From Rhizobiaceae bacterium (GTDB lineage Bacteria > Pseudomonadota > Alphaproteobacteria > Rhizobiales > Rhizobiaceae), in the NCBI GenBank assembly GCA_040880025.1, contig JBBDJD010000007.1, forward strand, positions 64,035-128,034: 64,000 bases of DNA. The letters are read 5' to 3'. A program made the translations under genes and the position numbers. How positions within the stretch are numbered: the stretch's first letter is position 1; each line of letters opens with the position of its first letter. Below the pieces are notes generated by a model that ran no database searches, was not told the origin of the DNA, and saw nothing but the letters and a program-made list of their open reading frames with translations. Of this stretch, positions 30,428-40,486 are shown in pieces.

Positions 30428-31527
30428 CGCATATCGAGCTTCGCGGCGTCCAGAAATGGTTCGGCAGCAACCAGGTTATCAAGGACATGAACCTGGAAAT
30501 CGCCGGCAACGAGTTCATCGTCATGCTTGGCCAGTCGGGCTGCGGCAAGACGACGACGCTGCGCGCCGTCGCGGGACTTGAGACCATCGACGAAGGCGAC
30601 ATCCTGATCGACGGCAAGCGGGTTCAGCACCTCAAGGCGTCGGACCGCGACATCGCGATGGTGTTCCAGTCCTTCTCGCTCTACCCGCACATGACGGTCT
30701 ATGAGAACATCGCCTTCCCGCTTCGAGCCACCCGGCTGAGCAAATCCGACATCGACCGGTCGGTGCGCGAGGTTGCCCGCGTGCTGCGCATCGCCGACCT
30801 TCTGCAAAGCAGACCGTCCGCGCTGTCGGGCGGCGACATGCAGCGCGTGGCGATTGGCCGGGCGCTCGTGCGTCAGCCGAAGGCGATGCTGATGGATGAG
30901 CCGATTGGCGCATTGGACACCAAGCTGCGCGAGGAAATGCGCGCCGAGATCAAGCGGCTGCACCTGAGACAAGGATCGACCACGATCTATGTCACTCACG
31001 ACCAGGTGGAGGCGATGAGCCTGGCGGATCGCATCGTCATCATGCATGAGGGGGTGCTTCAGCAGGTGGGAACGCCTGAAGAGGTTTATTCCGATCCGCA
31101 GAACCTCTTCGTTGCCCAGTTCGTCGGCAGCCCGGTGATGAACGTGACGGATGCCCGCATTACCGAGGAAGGTGGCGCGGTGCGGGTGCATCTCGATCCC
31201 AAGGACCCCGGTTTCGAGTTTCCGCGGGAGCTGCTTTCCAAGCTCAATGGACACATATCGGGCGGATTGTCGCTGGGCATCAGGCCGGAGGGCCTGCTCG
31301 TGTCGCGGGAGGCGAAATCCGGTTATGTGCCGCTCGAGGCGGGCATCATCGAACCGCTAGGCTCGCACGATATCGTCGACCTCAAGGTTGGCGACGGCAT
31401 GATACGGGCACGCACGCCGGCAGGCTTCGTGCCCAAGGTGGGGGAGAAGGTGCATACGCGCATCGATCCCGCGCAGGCGCATTTCTTTGACACCGGCAGC
31501 GGCAAGTCCCTGGGAGTAAGGCTCTAG
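30424..31527 (+). CDS. Sugar ABC ATP-binding protein (MalK-like)
   Basis: GQSGCGKT, LSGGDMQR, LMDEP, YVTHDQ, TOBE-like tail. Confidence 0.95.
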   Translation: MTHIELRGVQKWFGSNQVIKDMNLEIAGNEFIVMLGQSGCGKTTTLRAVAGLETIDEGDILIDGKRVQHLKASDRDIAMVFQSFSLYPHMTVYENIAFPLRATRLSKSDIDRSVREVARVLRIADLLQSRPSALSGGDMQRVAIGRALVRQPKAMLMDEPIGALDTKLREEMRAEIKRLHLRQGSTTIYVTHDQVEAMSLADRIVIMHEGVLQQVGTPEEVYSDPQNLFVAQFVGSPVMNVTDARITEEGGAVRVHLDPKDPGFEFPRELLSKLNGHISGGLSLGIRPEGLLVSREAKSGYVPLEAGIIEPLGSHDIVDLKVGDGMIRARTPAGFVPKVGEKVHTRIDPAQAHFFDTGSGKSLGVRL

Positions 31528-31529
31528 CG

Positions 31530-32606
31530 ATGGCTCATATCGAGCTCAGAAACATCACCAAGGTCTTCGGCGGGAAGTCGGCGCTGAAGGGACTGGATCT
31601 CGAAATCGAGGACGGTCAGTTCTTCGTTCTTCTGGGCGAGACCGGCGCCGGCAAGACCACGACGCTGCGCATCGTCGCGGGGCTGGAAAAGCCGACCGAG
31701 GGCGAGGTCCTCATCGATGGCGTCAACGTCAACGACTGGGGCGCGGCGGAGCGCGATGTGGCGCTGGTCCTGCAGCAATACTCGCTCTACCCGCGCTATA
31801 CCGTGCGGGAGAATCTGGAGTTTCCGCTCAAGTCGAAAATCCGCCGCGTCGAAGCGGCCGATATCGAAGGGCGCGTCAACCGCGTCGCCGAGACGCTGCA
31901 GATCGGACATCTGCTTGACCGCAAGACCGACAAGCTGTCCGGCGGCGAGATGCAGCGCGTCTCGATCGGCCGGGCCATCGTGCGCCAGCCGCGCGTGTTC
32001 CTGATGGACGAGCCGCTGTCGGCGCTCGACGCCAAGCTTCGCGAGGCGCTGCGCACCGAACTCAAGAACCTGCAGATGAATTTGGGCGCCACCTTCCTGT
32101 TCGTCACGCACGACCAGGTCGAAGCGCTGTCGATGGGCGACCGTATCGGGGTCCTCGACAGCGGCAAGCTGGTGCAGGTGGGCACGCCCGCGGAAGTCTA
32201 CGGCAATCCGAGAAACACTTTTGTGGCGCGTTCCGTCGGCTCGCCGCCGATGAACCTGATCGACGGAACGCTGTCGGGCGGACAGGCGGTGGCCGAGGCC
32301 GGTTTCAGCCTGCCGGTTGCCGCGAAGGCCAATGGCTCGACCGATGGCCGGCCGCTGACGTTCGGCATCCGTCCGGAAGACATGTTCCTCGCCCCCGGCG
32401 CGCCTGCTGCCGCGGAAGTGCACGATATCGAGAACCATGGCGTCGCCAAGATCGTGACGCTGCGCGCCGGCGACATGATGCTGCGACTCACCACGTCGGC
32501 GCGTGAGAAGCTCTCGATAGACGAAGCGGTGCGTTTTTCCTGGAATCCGGAGAAAGTCGTTCTGTTCGACAAGACCAGCGGGTTGAGCCTACGCCACAAT
32601 GCCTGA
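31530..32606 (+). CDS. Second sugar ABC ATP-binding protein
   Basis: GETGAGKT, LSGGEMQR, LMDEP, FVTHDQ. Confidence 0.95.
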   Translation: MAHIELRNITKVFGGKSALKGLDLEIEDGQFFVLLGETGAGKTTTLRIVAGLEKPTEGEVLIDGVNVNDWGAAERDVALVLQQYSLYPRYTVRENLEFPLKSKIRRVEAADIEGRVNRVAETLQIGHLLDRKTDKLSGGEMQRVSIGRAIVRQPRVFLMDEPLSALDAKLREALRTELKNLQMNLGATFLFVTHDQVEALSMGDRIGVLDSGKLVQVGTPAEVYGNPRNTFVARSVGSPPMNLIDGTLSGGQAVAEAGFSLPVAAKANGSTDGRPLTFGIRPEDMFLAPGAPAAAEVHDIENHGVAKIVTLRAGDMMLRLTTSAREKLSIDEAVRFSWNPEKVVLFDKTSGLSLRHNA

Positions 32607-32641
32607 TCGGCGCCTCCCTGGCGCGGCACACTCGCGAGGAG

Positions 32642-32680
32642 ACGACAGCCGTCCGACTAATCGGGCGGCTGTCGTTTATT
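32642..32680 (+). terminator. Intrinsic terminator of the ABC operon
   Basis: acgacagccgtccga-ctaa-tcgggcggctgtcgt followed by ttattt. Confidence 0.75.
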
Positions 32681-32743
32681 TGGCTGGTGAGAACCGCCCG
32701 CCTCGCCGGGAGCGAATTGTTCGTTGCTGAATATCGGAACCTC

Positions 32744-33346
32744 TCACAATTGAGGGGCTGTCTCTTGTAAAGACCTCCTGTCCAGCTGCGAGCCGAACCA
32801 TGCGGCCAAGGCCTGGTTCTTCTGCTTCCAGCCGGGGCAGAAACGATGCATGTCCATCAAATGGAGGGCGGAAGCGAGGGCTGCACCCCTGAACTCGCTG
32901 ACGGTCGGCAATGGCCGGGTGATCGCACGGTTGTTGAGAAAATCGAGACATCGCAGCATTCGATCCCGTTCAACCTCCAGGAGGAAGTCCGATTGCTCCT
33001 CCCTCGCCCGCCGGCCCTCGCGCACCCAAGTCGCGATCCCTTCGAGGAAGCCGGCAATCTGCCCTTCCTCAGCAACCATTGTCCAATCAACCTGAGCCGC
33101 AACATCCGGGGCCTTTGCACCGGCAAGATCCCTGACATAGGCGAATATGTTTCGGGCCTCGGTAATAACAAGGCCGGCATCGACAAGGGTCGGAACGCGG
33201 CCCACGGGGCTGAATTCCAGCACCGGGTTGTCGGCTTGGCGATTGGCGGCGAGGCGCTCTTCCGCATGCCCAAGAACGCCCCATTCGCGCAACGCGATCC
33301 GGGCGGTCCGGGCATAGGGAGAGTTTTGTGTATAGAAGAGGATCAT
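32744..33346 (-). CDS. Glutathione S-transferase family protein
   Basis: SPYARTARI, PVGRVPTL, ITEA..I..Y GST N-terminal motifs. Confidence 0.8.
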   Translation of the reverse strand: MILFYTQNSPYARTARIALREWGVLGHAEERLAANRQADNPVLEFSPVGRVPTLVDAGLVITEARNIFAYVRDLAGAKAPDVAAQVDWTMVAEEGQIAGFLEGIATWVREGRRAREEQSDFLLEVERDRMLRCLDFLNNRAITRPLPTVSEFRGAALASALHLMDMHRFCPGWKQKNQALAAWFGSQLDRRSLQETAPQL

Positions 33347-33504
33347 CGATGGTTCCCGCTGCCAACGTGCTGAAGGCATCCTACGGAAAATCGATATTAT
33401 TGTGATGGAAGACGCCTGGGATTGGTCGATCCGTCCGAGAGTGGAGGCGTCGGCGGTCGGCAATTGGCAACACCGGGTTGCGCTGAACCTGAAACGGGCG
33501 GCAC

Positions 33505-33810
33505 TTATCCCACCGGCATCGAACGAAGGTCGAGCCAGGACTTGATGCGTCTGAACTCTCCCTCGAAGGCCTTTTCCTTCAGCTCCTCGTAGACCAGCGA
33601 GCAGTACATCACGTCACCGCCGTTCAGTCTGCCGGACTTGGCGGCTTGCTCGCAGCCTAGATAGACGCCTTTCAGTTTGTCGATCGACATGGAACTGATG
33701 CGGGATGGCTCGTCGGCACGAGCGGCGTGAAGCACTCCGAGGGCGAAAATGAGTGCAGCGCCGAGCGGGGCGATACGAATAATGCGAGGCACGAGGCGTC
33801 CCGACATCAT
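33505..33810 (-). CDS. Small secreted hypothetical protein with two Cys
   Basis: Signal peptide ending ARA-D; YLGCE...YCSLVYEELK. Confidence 0.7.
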   Translation of the reverse strand: MMSGRLVPRIIRIAPLGAALIFALGVLHAARADEPSRISSMSIDKLKGVYLGCEQAAKSGRLNGGDVMYCSLVYEELKEKAFEGEFRRIKSWLDLRSMPVG

Positions 33811-33955
33811 TTCCTCCTGAAGGCCTGCGGCAGTGCCGGCCTGCGGGACGAATCGTAAGGAACCTTATGGCCTCCCGCATGAGACCGATGTCCCGGAGCA
33901 GCGAGGAATCGTCACGGTGAAGGGAAAATATGTGGGTCCGGGGTCCCAGGTGACT

Positions 33956-35014
33956 CTAAATGCCGTAGCCTGCGTCGCGAGCTCTGACGACTGCCTCCAC
34001 GCGTGTCGCTGATCCAAGCTTGTGGAGTATGGCCGAGAGATGGTTTCGAACGGTTTTTTCGGTGATCGCCAAGCGCGCGCTGATTGCATGATTGTCGAGG
34101 CCGCCTGCAACCAGATGCAGGACCTCGTGCTCGCGCGCGGTGAGTGCGGTGAACTCCGCGTTGTCCGCCGTCGCAGATGGCAGGAATTCGTGCATCGCCT
34201 CGGTGAACACCCGCCATGCCGGCTCGCCGCGAAGCATCAGGTGGTTAGGACTATCGAGCTCCATGAAAGTCGCGTTCGGGATCGTCTGTGCAAGGAATCT
34301 ACCCTCCTCGATAGGCGCAACGGCATCGCGGTCGGCATGGGCAACCAGCGTAGAGCAGGTTATATGCTCGGCGGCCCGGCCGACGTCGATATCAAACATG
34401 ATTCGCGTCAATTCCGCGGCGTTTTGCGCCGAGGCCGCGCGCCGTTGCAGTTCGCACCAGGAGCTCAAATGTTCCATCGAGCCTTCGGGCTGGAACTGTG
34501 TAGCGAAGGATCGCATGAAAGCGCTGTCCGCCTCTCTCCATCCCAACTCGATCATCTCAATCATTACCTTGGCCTTTTCGGGTTCAAGGGGCGGCGATGA
34601 CCGCCTGTTCCTGCCCCTTGCGTAGGCACCGTAGAGGATCAGATGGCCGATGCGCCCGGGGTTCCTTTCGGCATATTTGATCGCGACGGCGCCACCCTGG
34701 CAGATACCGATCGAAGCGAACTGATTCAGCTCCAGCTTCGCGACGAGTCTCTCGAAGTCAAGGACCCAAGTTTCGAAGGAAAGATCCGATACATCGCGTT
34801 CCGACAGGCCGCAACCTCTTGGGTCGTATCTGATCAGCGTGTATCGCGTCTCAAGTTCTTCGAGCCACGGCTGCCATGCCTCGCTGCGACCCTGGTATTC
34901 GAGATGCGTCAGCCAGCTCGGCATTAGCACCACTGGCGGGCCGCTCCCCGAGACCGCATAGGCAATCCGGGCACCGTCGAAGCTCCTGAAGTAGCGTACC
35001 TGCTGGCCCGGCAT
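33956..35014 (-). CDS. Alpha/beta-hydrolase-fold + LuxR HTH transcriptional regulator
   Basis: YDPRGCGLS, GICQGG elbow, DRD, NHL; C-terminal LTARE..VL.L...G.DN..I...L.ITEKTVRNH. Confidence 0.9.
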   Translation of the reverse strand: MPGQQVRYFRSFDGARIAYAVSGSGPPVVLMPSWLTHLEYQGRSEAWQPWLEELETRYTLIRYDPRGCGLSERDVSDLSFETWVLDFERLVAKLELNQFASIGICQGGAVAIKYAERNPGRIGHLILYGAYARGRNRRSSPPLEPEKAKVMIEMIELGWREADSAFMRSFATQFQPEGSMEHLSSWCELQRRAASAQNAAELTRIMFDIDVGRAAEHITCSTLVAHADRDAVAPIEEGRFLAQTIPNATFMELDSPNHLMLRGEPAWRVFTEAMHEFLPSATADNAEFTALTAREHEVLHLVAGGLDNHAISARLAITEKTVRNHLSAILHKLGSATRVEAVVRARDAGYGI

Positions 35015-35113
35015 TATGTCGATCCTCAGGTAGTCGGCTGCAGAACTCTAACAGCCTTGGACCCGCATTGCACGAGGCCGAGCTAATCCAGCATGGTTGA
35101 TCGGAGAGGTCGA

Positions 35114-35163
35114 CCCTCGTCCTGAGCGGTGAGCTTGTCGAACGGTCGAACCGTCGAAGGATG
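35114..35163 (+). repeat. REP-like element (ccctcRtcctgagc...gtcgaaggatg), composite copy
   Basis: Shares both arms with the reverse complement of 44116-44142; contains internal gagcttgtcgaac units. Confidence 0.55.
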
Positions 35164-35240
35164 GGCGCTCTTTGACAATGGCCAGACGGCGCAACAGCCG
35201 GGTGTGGCGATGATGAATGGTGAGCGGCTGAGACGCGGCG

Positions 35241-36224
35241 TCAGACCGCAACGTCAGGAAACCGCTTCCGGTAGGCGTCCAGCACTTCGGGATTGCAGAA
35301 ATTGAGCGGCAATTGACCGGCGAGAACACGCGCGGCTTCCTCGGCCGCCCCTATCCCCATGCGCCGCATGCTGCCCTCGGTGATGCCGGCCATATGCGGC
35401 GTCACAATTACATTGTCGAAGCTGAAATACGGATGACCCGGCGGCAGCGGCTGGGTGGCGAAAACGTCGAGCGCGGCCCCGCCGATGCGATTTTCCCTGA
35501 GCGCCGCGATCATCGCGTCGTCGTCGATGACCGGTCCGCGCGACGGGTTGATGATGAGCGCCGTCGGCTTCATCAGCCCGAGCAGCCGCGCATCGACCAG
35601 CCCGCGCGTCTCTTCGGTGAGCGGGCAGCAAAGGGCGATGATGTCGGACTTGGCGGCGAGTTCGTCCAGTTCAACGAAGCGGGATCCGGCCGGCGCGTCG
35701 CGCCTGCTGCGGCTGTGGATCAGAACGTCGAGGCCGAAGCCGTGCACCCCGATGTCACACACCCGCCGCCCGATATTGCCGAAACCGATGATGCCCAGCG
35801 TGCGCCCGTCGAGGTCGCCCGCGAGGTCTGCCTGGCGTCGGGCAACGGCCCAGCCCTCGCTTCGCAGTTCGCGGTCGAGAATGCGGAAGCGGCGCAGCAG
35901 CGTCATTGCGGCGAAGAATACATATTCGGCGACGGTGCGCGCGTTGACGCCCGGCGTGTTTGCAACCAGCACGCCGGCGTGGTTGGCGGCCTGCATCGGG
36001 ATCATGTCGAGCCCGGCGCCGTGGCGGATTGCCGCGCGCAACCCGGAGGCCCGTTCGAACAATGCCGGCGGAAGCGGCGCCCGGACTATCAGGATATCCG
36101 CCCCGGTTCCCTCGCGCAGCAAGGTGTCAGGATCGGGCGCGGAGGCGAAACGCAGGTCGCCCAGCTTCGCCAGCATTGCCGCCGCGTCGGGATGCAGATT
36201 ATGCGTGGAGAATATTTCCGGCAC
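35241..36224 (-). CDS. D-isomer-specific 2-hydroxyacid dehydrogenase
   Basis: HGAGLD, GIIGFGNIG, INPSRG, DVF..PL, TPHMAG. Confidence 0.93.
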   Translation of the reverse strand: MPEIFSTHNLHPDAAAMLAKLGDLRFASAPDPDTLLREGTGADILIVRAPLPPALFERASGLRAAIRHGAGLDMIPMQAANHAGVLVANTPGVNARTVAEYVFFAAMTLLRRFRILDRELRSEGWAVARRQADLAGDLDGRTLGIIGFGNIGRRVCDIGVHGFGLDVLIHSRSRRDAPAGSRFVELDELAAKSDIIALCCPLTEETRGLVDARLLGLMKPTALIINPSRGPVIDDDAMIAALRENRIGGAALDVFATQPLPPGHPYFSFDNVIVTPHMAGITEGSMRRMGIGAAEEAARVLAGQLPLNFCNPEVLDAYRKRFPDVAV

Positions 36225-36229
36225 GGCGC

Positions 36230-36946
36230 CTACGCGTTTTCGAGTTCCGGGCTGGGCTTGCCCGCGCCCGGACCGCGGATGAGGCCTTTCCAGTAGCTTT
36301 CGGCGCCCTGCAGATGCGCGCTCATCAGCGCCTGGGCGAGGTTGCCGTCGCGGCGCACAAGCGCCTCGAAGATCTGGATATGCTCGGCATGCGAGCGCCG
36401 CCCGCGTTCGGGATCGGAGAAATAGACCGGCAGGCGCTGTTCGCCCATCACGTAATAGATGCTGCAGATTTTGTGGAACACGCTGTTCTTGGTCGCCCGG
36501 ACGATCTCCAGATGAAAATCGCGATCCTCGCGTGCGAGCGGCTCGCCCGCTTCGACCTTCTTCTCCGAGATTGCCAGGATTTCGCGCAGTCGTTCGAAAT
36601 TCTCCTCCGTCGCGCGGCTGCAGGCCAGTTCGGCGGCCTTGATCTCGTGGATCTTCCGCAATTCCACCGTTTCGTAGATCTGGATCGGATCAAGCGGCAG
36701 GCCGGCTTTCGCGAACAGCGCCAGTGCCTCGACGCTGGTATCGGTGGTGGTCAGATAGATGCCGGATTTGGCGCGGCGCTCCACGATGCGCATGGCCTCC
36801 AATATGGCGAGCGCCTCGCGTATCTGGCCGCGGCTGACGGAAAAATGCTCGGCCAGTTCGCGCTCGGAAGGCGTGCGGCCCTTTTCCGTATTGGAATAGG
36901 TGTAGAGATACGCCGCGAGATCGGGCAGCAGACTGTTTTCTTTCAT
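36230..36946 (-). CDS. FadR-subfamily GntR regulator (FCD)
   Basis: PSERELAEHFSVSRGQIREAL wHTH; DRDFH...SHAEH..I FCD. Confidence 0.92.
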   Translation of the reverse strand: MKENSLLPDLAAYLYTYSNTEKGRTPSERELAEHFSVSRGQIREALAILEAMRIVERRAKSGIYLTTTDTSVEALALFAKAGLPLDPIQIYETVELRKIHEIKAAELACSRATEENFERLREILAISEKKVEAGEPLAREDRDFHLEIVRATKNSVFHKICSIYYVMGEQRLPVYFSDPERGRRSHAEHIQIFEALVRRDGNLAQALMSAHLQGAESYWKGLIRGPGAGKPSPELENA

Positions 36947-36948
36947 CG

Positions 36949-38118
36949 TCAGCAGCTTTGCGCGTGTTTCTCCACGAAACGCTCGGAGATCGTGAAGCCC
37001 AATCCTGGAGTCTCGGGAATCGCAACCATACCATCCTCCGCCTTTACGGTCTCCCCAATCAGATCATGGATCATCGGATTAGCGCCGAGCGAGAATTCGA
37101 TGACGAAGCTGGCCGGAGATGCGGCGCAAACATGCAAGCCGGCGAAGAAGCATGGGGCGCCGGCCCAAAGATGCGGCGCCAGGCGCAGGTTGAACGCGCT
37201 GGCGATCGCACCGATGCGCATCGCTTCGGTAATGCCGCCGCAGAAGGCCGGATCGGGCTGGAAAATGTCGGCGGCGCGCAGCACCGCGAGTTCGCGGAAG
37301 GCGAACCGCGTCGCCTCGGACTCGCCGGCCGCGATCGGCACCGGGCCCGCGGCGCGGACCTCCGCCATGCCGCGCTTGTCGTCCGCGATCACCGGCTCCT
37401 CGAACCAGGCGAGGTCGCAATCGGCGACCATGTGGATGAACCGCTTGGCATCGGCGACCGTGTAGGTGCCGTGCGCATCGACCATGAGATCGACATCCGG
37501 CCCGATCGCGTCTCGCGCGGCGCGCACGCGGGCGGCCGAGACGTGGGGCGCGCCGTCCATCGCGCCGACCCGCATCTTCACGGCCTTGAAGCCACCCGAC
37601 TTGATGTAGGAGTTGAGCTGATCGCCGATGCCGCCGGCATCCGCCCAGCCTCCGGAGGCATAGGCCGGCAGACGCTCGGCCTTGCGTCCGCCCAGAAGCT
37701 GCCAGACGGGCTGTCCCAGCGACTTGCCCAGAATATCCCACAACGCGATGTCGACCGCGCTGATGGCGGCGATCGTCAGCCCCCGGCGCGACAATTCCGG
37801 CATGGCGTGACCCGCCTCGGCCGCGAGTTCGCTGCGCACGCCGTTATAGATCGAATCCCAGATCGCGCTGATGTCGCCGGCATGGCGGCCGACGAGCATC
37901 GGGCCGATCTCGTGGTTGATCAGGTGAACCAGCGTGCCATAGATGCCGGCGCTGCCCGCCGCGTTCTTTCCTTCGCCCCAGCCGACGAGGCCATCGTCGG
38001 TCTCGATGCGCACAATGGCGGAGTCGAATGTCCGCAGGCGGCCGAAATCGCTGCGATGCTGACGCTTCGCCTCGATCGGGATCTTGACCCACCACGCCTG
38101 AACCTTGTTGATGCGCAT
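36949..38118 (-). CDS. Mandelate racemase/muconate lactonizing enzyme (enolase superfamily)
   Basis: GWGE, VDIALWD, KAVKMR, MVDAH, FEEP, GE, HLW. Confidence 0.93.
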   Translation of the reverse strand: MRINKVQAWWVKIPIEAKRQHRSDFGRLRTFDSAIVRIETDDGLVGWGEGKNAAGSAGIYGTLVHLINHEIGPMLVGRHAGDISAIWDSIYNGVRSELAAEAGHAMPELSRRGLTIAAISAVDIALWDILGKSLGQPVWQLLGGRKAERLPAYASGGWADAGGIGDQLNSYIKSGGFKAVKMRVGAMDGAPHVSAARVRAARDAIGPDVDLMVDAHGTYTVADAKRFIHMVADCDLAWFEEPVIADDKRGMAEVRAAGPVPIAAGESEATRFAFRELAVLRAADIFQPDPAFCGGITEAMRIGAIASAFNLRLAPHLWAGAPCFFAGLHVCAASPASFVIEFSLGANPMIHDLIGETVKAEDGMVAIPETPGLGFTISERFVEKHAQSC

Positions 38119-38173
38119 GTCGCTCACCGCATTGGCGACGCTGGCGCGCCGCCAACTCCCGCCGGCCTGACGG

Positions 38174-39061
38174 CTATTTCATCAACGGCAGAAGAGTTTC
38201 CGCCGTGATGCGCATCTGGTCGGTGTAGAACTTTTCGGTCAGCACGCTGGAGCCGTGGTCCTGGATGAACTTCAGCTGCTCGGGCGAGATGTCGACGGGA
38301 TTGCGCTCGACCATGTCGGGATACCGATTGGCTGGCGTGCGGTCCACCGGCGCGACGAATTCGTTGGTCAGCGCGCCGTCATAGCCGATATCCTTGAGGA
38401 TGCCGACGATCCTCTTCCAGTCGATCGTGCCGAGCCCGGCGGCGAAGCGGTTGTTGTCCGCGACATGGAAGTCGAACAGGCGCTTGCCGGCCGTGCGGAT
38501 CGCCTCCTCCACATCGAACTCCTCCATGTGGATATGGTAGGCGTCGAGGCAGACACCGCATTCGGGGCTGACGGCGTCGGCCAGCGCCATGGCCTGCTCG
38601 CCGCGGTTGAAGAGATATGTCTCGAAGCGGTTGAGCGGTTCGACCGCCACCCGCACCCCGACTTTCTTGGCATGGGTGAAGCATTCGCGGGTCGCGTCCA
38701 CAACCCAGCCCCATTCCTCTTCCTCGGTGCCGTCAGGCACCACCTTGCCGACGGTGGCGGGCACCAGCGTGATGATTTCGCCGTCGATCTCGCTGACCAT
38801 GGTGAGCACGTCCTTGACGTATTGAACCGAGCGTTCGCGCTGGCCCTGGTCTCTTGCCGCGAGATTGCGTTCGCCCAGCATCAGCGTGACCGCGCCCCAG
38901 CAGCGAATGCCATGTTCCTTCAGGAGGGCGCGGGTCTCATTGGTCTTGTACTGCTCTGGCTCGCCGGAAATCTCGATCGACTCGTAGCCGAATTGCTTGA
39001 TCCGCTTCAACGTCACTTCCAGCGGTTCGGCGCGCATCCAGTTGTGCGTCGAAAGATGCAT
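38174..39061 (-). CDS. Sugar phosphate isomerase/epimerase (xylose-isomerase-like TIM barrel)
   Basis: VEPLNRFE, LDAYH, FHVADNNR, TNEF metal ligands. Confidence 0.9.
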   Translation of the reverse strand: MHLSTHNWMRAEPLEVTLKRIKQFGYESIEISGEPEQYKTNETRALLKEHGIRCWGAVTLMLGERNLAARDQGQRERSVQYVKDVLTMVSEIDGEIITLVPATVGKVVPDGTEEEEWGWVVDATRECFTHAKKVGVRVAVEPLNRFETYLFNRGEQAMALADAVSPECGVCLDAYHIHMEEFDVEEAIRTAGKRLFDFHVADNNRFAAGLGTIDWKRIVGILKDIGYDGALTNEFVAPVDRTPANRYPDMVERNPVDISPEQLKFIQDHGSSVLTEKFYTDQMRITAETLLPLMK

Positions 39062-39135
39062 GATCCCGTCCTCCCGATAGGCTCGCGGCTTGGGCGCAAT
39101 CGGCCGTACCGCGGTGATTTGGTTCGTTGGCACCA

Positions 39136-39152
39136 AACTGGTTAGACCAATT
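39136..39152. promoter_or_regulatory. FadR/GntR-type operator A2
   Basis: AACTGGT-TAG-ACCAATT; core identical to A1; about 75 bp upstream of the 39061 start. Confidence 0.7.
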
Positions 39153-39296
39153 CGAACTCCTGAATTCGTCTAACTGATTATCCCGAACGCCGCAAGCGTA
39201 TGTCTCCGTACCGCCTGCATGGCCGAAATGGCAAGAAATGCTGTGCCAACCATGAAATCCGGCGGGATCGAACCGCCGTCTAAGACAATGTCTCGC

Positions 39297-39330
39297 CTTG
39301 ACCTCGCCCATGCGTTTGGTATTACCAGAT
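39297..39330 (+). promoter_or_regulatory. Sigma70-type promoter overlapped by operator B2
   Basis: CTTGAC followed by TTTGGTATTACCAGAT (39315-39330). Confidence 0.65.
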
Positions 39331-39427
39331 GAAGCGAGGCTAAACGCTTCAGAATACCATAAATGCCGAGCCGGAATCGGCATCATGGCCGTCAAGGTCC
39401 GGCCGTTTTGAGGAGGATTTTCGCGAG

Positions 39428-40486
39428 ATGGGAAGATCGATGAAAGGCCCAGGGATATTTCTGGCACAGTTTGCGGGGGATGGGGCGCCGTTCGATTCAC
39501 TGGGGAGCATTGCGCGCTGGGCGGGCGAATTTGGCTACAAGGGGGTGCAGATACCGAGCTGGGACGGGCGGCTGTTCGACCTTGAGAAGGCGGCAGGTTC
39601 GAAGGACTATTGCGACGAGGTGAAGGGGGTGTGCGCTGAGGCCGGCGTTGAAGTGACGGAGCTGTCGTCGCACCTGCAGGGGCAGCTGGTGGCGGTTCAT
39701 CCGGCCTATGACGCGGCGTTCGACGGGTTCGCGCCGCAGAGCGTGCATGGCAACCCGAAGGCCAGGCAGGAATGGGCGGTCGAGCAGGTCAAGATGGGGG
39801 CGAAGGCAAGCCGCAACATGGGGCTCGACGTCTCGGTCGGGTTCTGCGGGGCGCTGGCGTTTCCTTATCTCTATCCGTGGCCGCAGCGCCCGGCGGGTCT
39901 GATCGAGGAGGCGTTCGGCGAGCTTGCCAGGCGCTGGAAGCCGATCCTCGACGTCTATGAGGATAACGGGGTCGACTACGCCTACGAGATCCATCCGGGC
40001 GAGGACGTGTTCGACGGGGCGACGTTCGAGCTGTTTCTGGAGGCCTTGAAGGGCCACAAGCGCTGCACGATCAATTACGATCCCTCGCACTTCGTCCTGC
40101 AGCAGCTGGATTATCTGGCCTTCATCGACATCTATCACGAGCGCATCACGGCCTTCCATGTGAAGGATGCGGAGTTCAACCCGACGGGCCGTCAGGGGGT
40201 CTATTCGGGCTATGCCTCATGGATGGAGCGGGCGGGCCGGTTCAGGAGCCTCGGCGACGGCCAGGTGGACTTTGCCGGCATCTTCTCCAGGCTTGCGCAA
40301 TACGGCTATGACAGCTGGGCGGTGCTTGAGTGGGAATGCGCGATCAAGAGTTCGGCGCAGGGAGCGGCCGAAGGCGCGCCGTTCATCGCCGCCCACATCA
40401 TCGAGGTGACGGATGTGGCCTTCGACGACTTTGCCGGCGGCACGACCGACAAGGCCGCGCTCAGGAAGATGATGGGGATTGGATGA
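39428..40486 (+). CDS. Sugar phosphate isomerase/epimerase (TIM barrel, IolI-like)
   Basis: GIFLAQF, YEIHPGED, YDPSH, FHVKDAE, LEWEC. Confidence 0.9.
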   Translation: MGRSMKGPGIFLAQFAGDGAPFDSLGSIARWAGEFGYKGVQIPSWDGRLFDLEKAAGSKDYCDEVKGVCAEAGVEVTELSSHLQGQLVAVHPAYDAAFDGFAPQSVHGNPKARQEWAVEQVKMGAKASRNMGLDVSVGFCGALAFPYLYPWPQRPAGLIEEAFGELARRWKPILDVYEDNGVDYAYEIHPGEDVFDGATFELFLEALKGHKRCTINYDPSHFVLQQLDYLAFIDIYHERITAFHVKDAEFNPTGRQGVYSGYASWMERAGRFRSLGDGQVDFAGIFSRLAQYGYDSWAVLEWECAIKSSAQGAAEGAPFIAAHIIEVTDVAFDDFAGGTTDKAALRKMMGIG

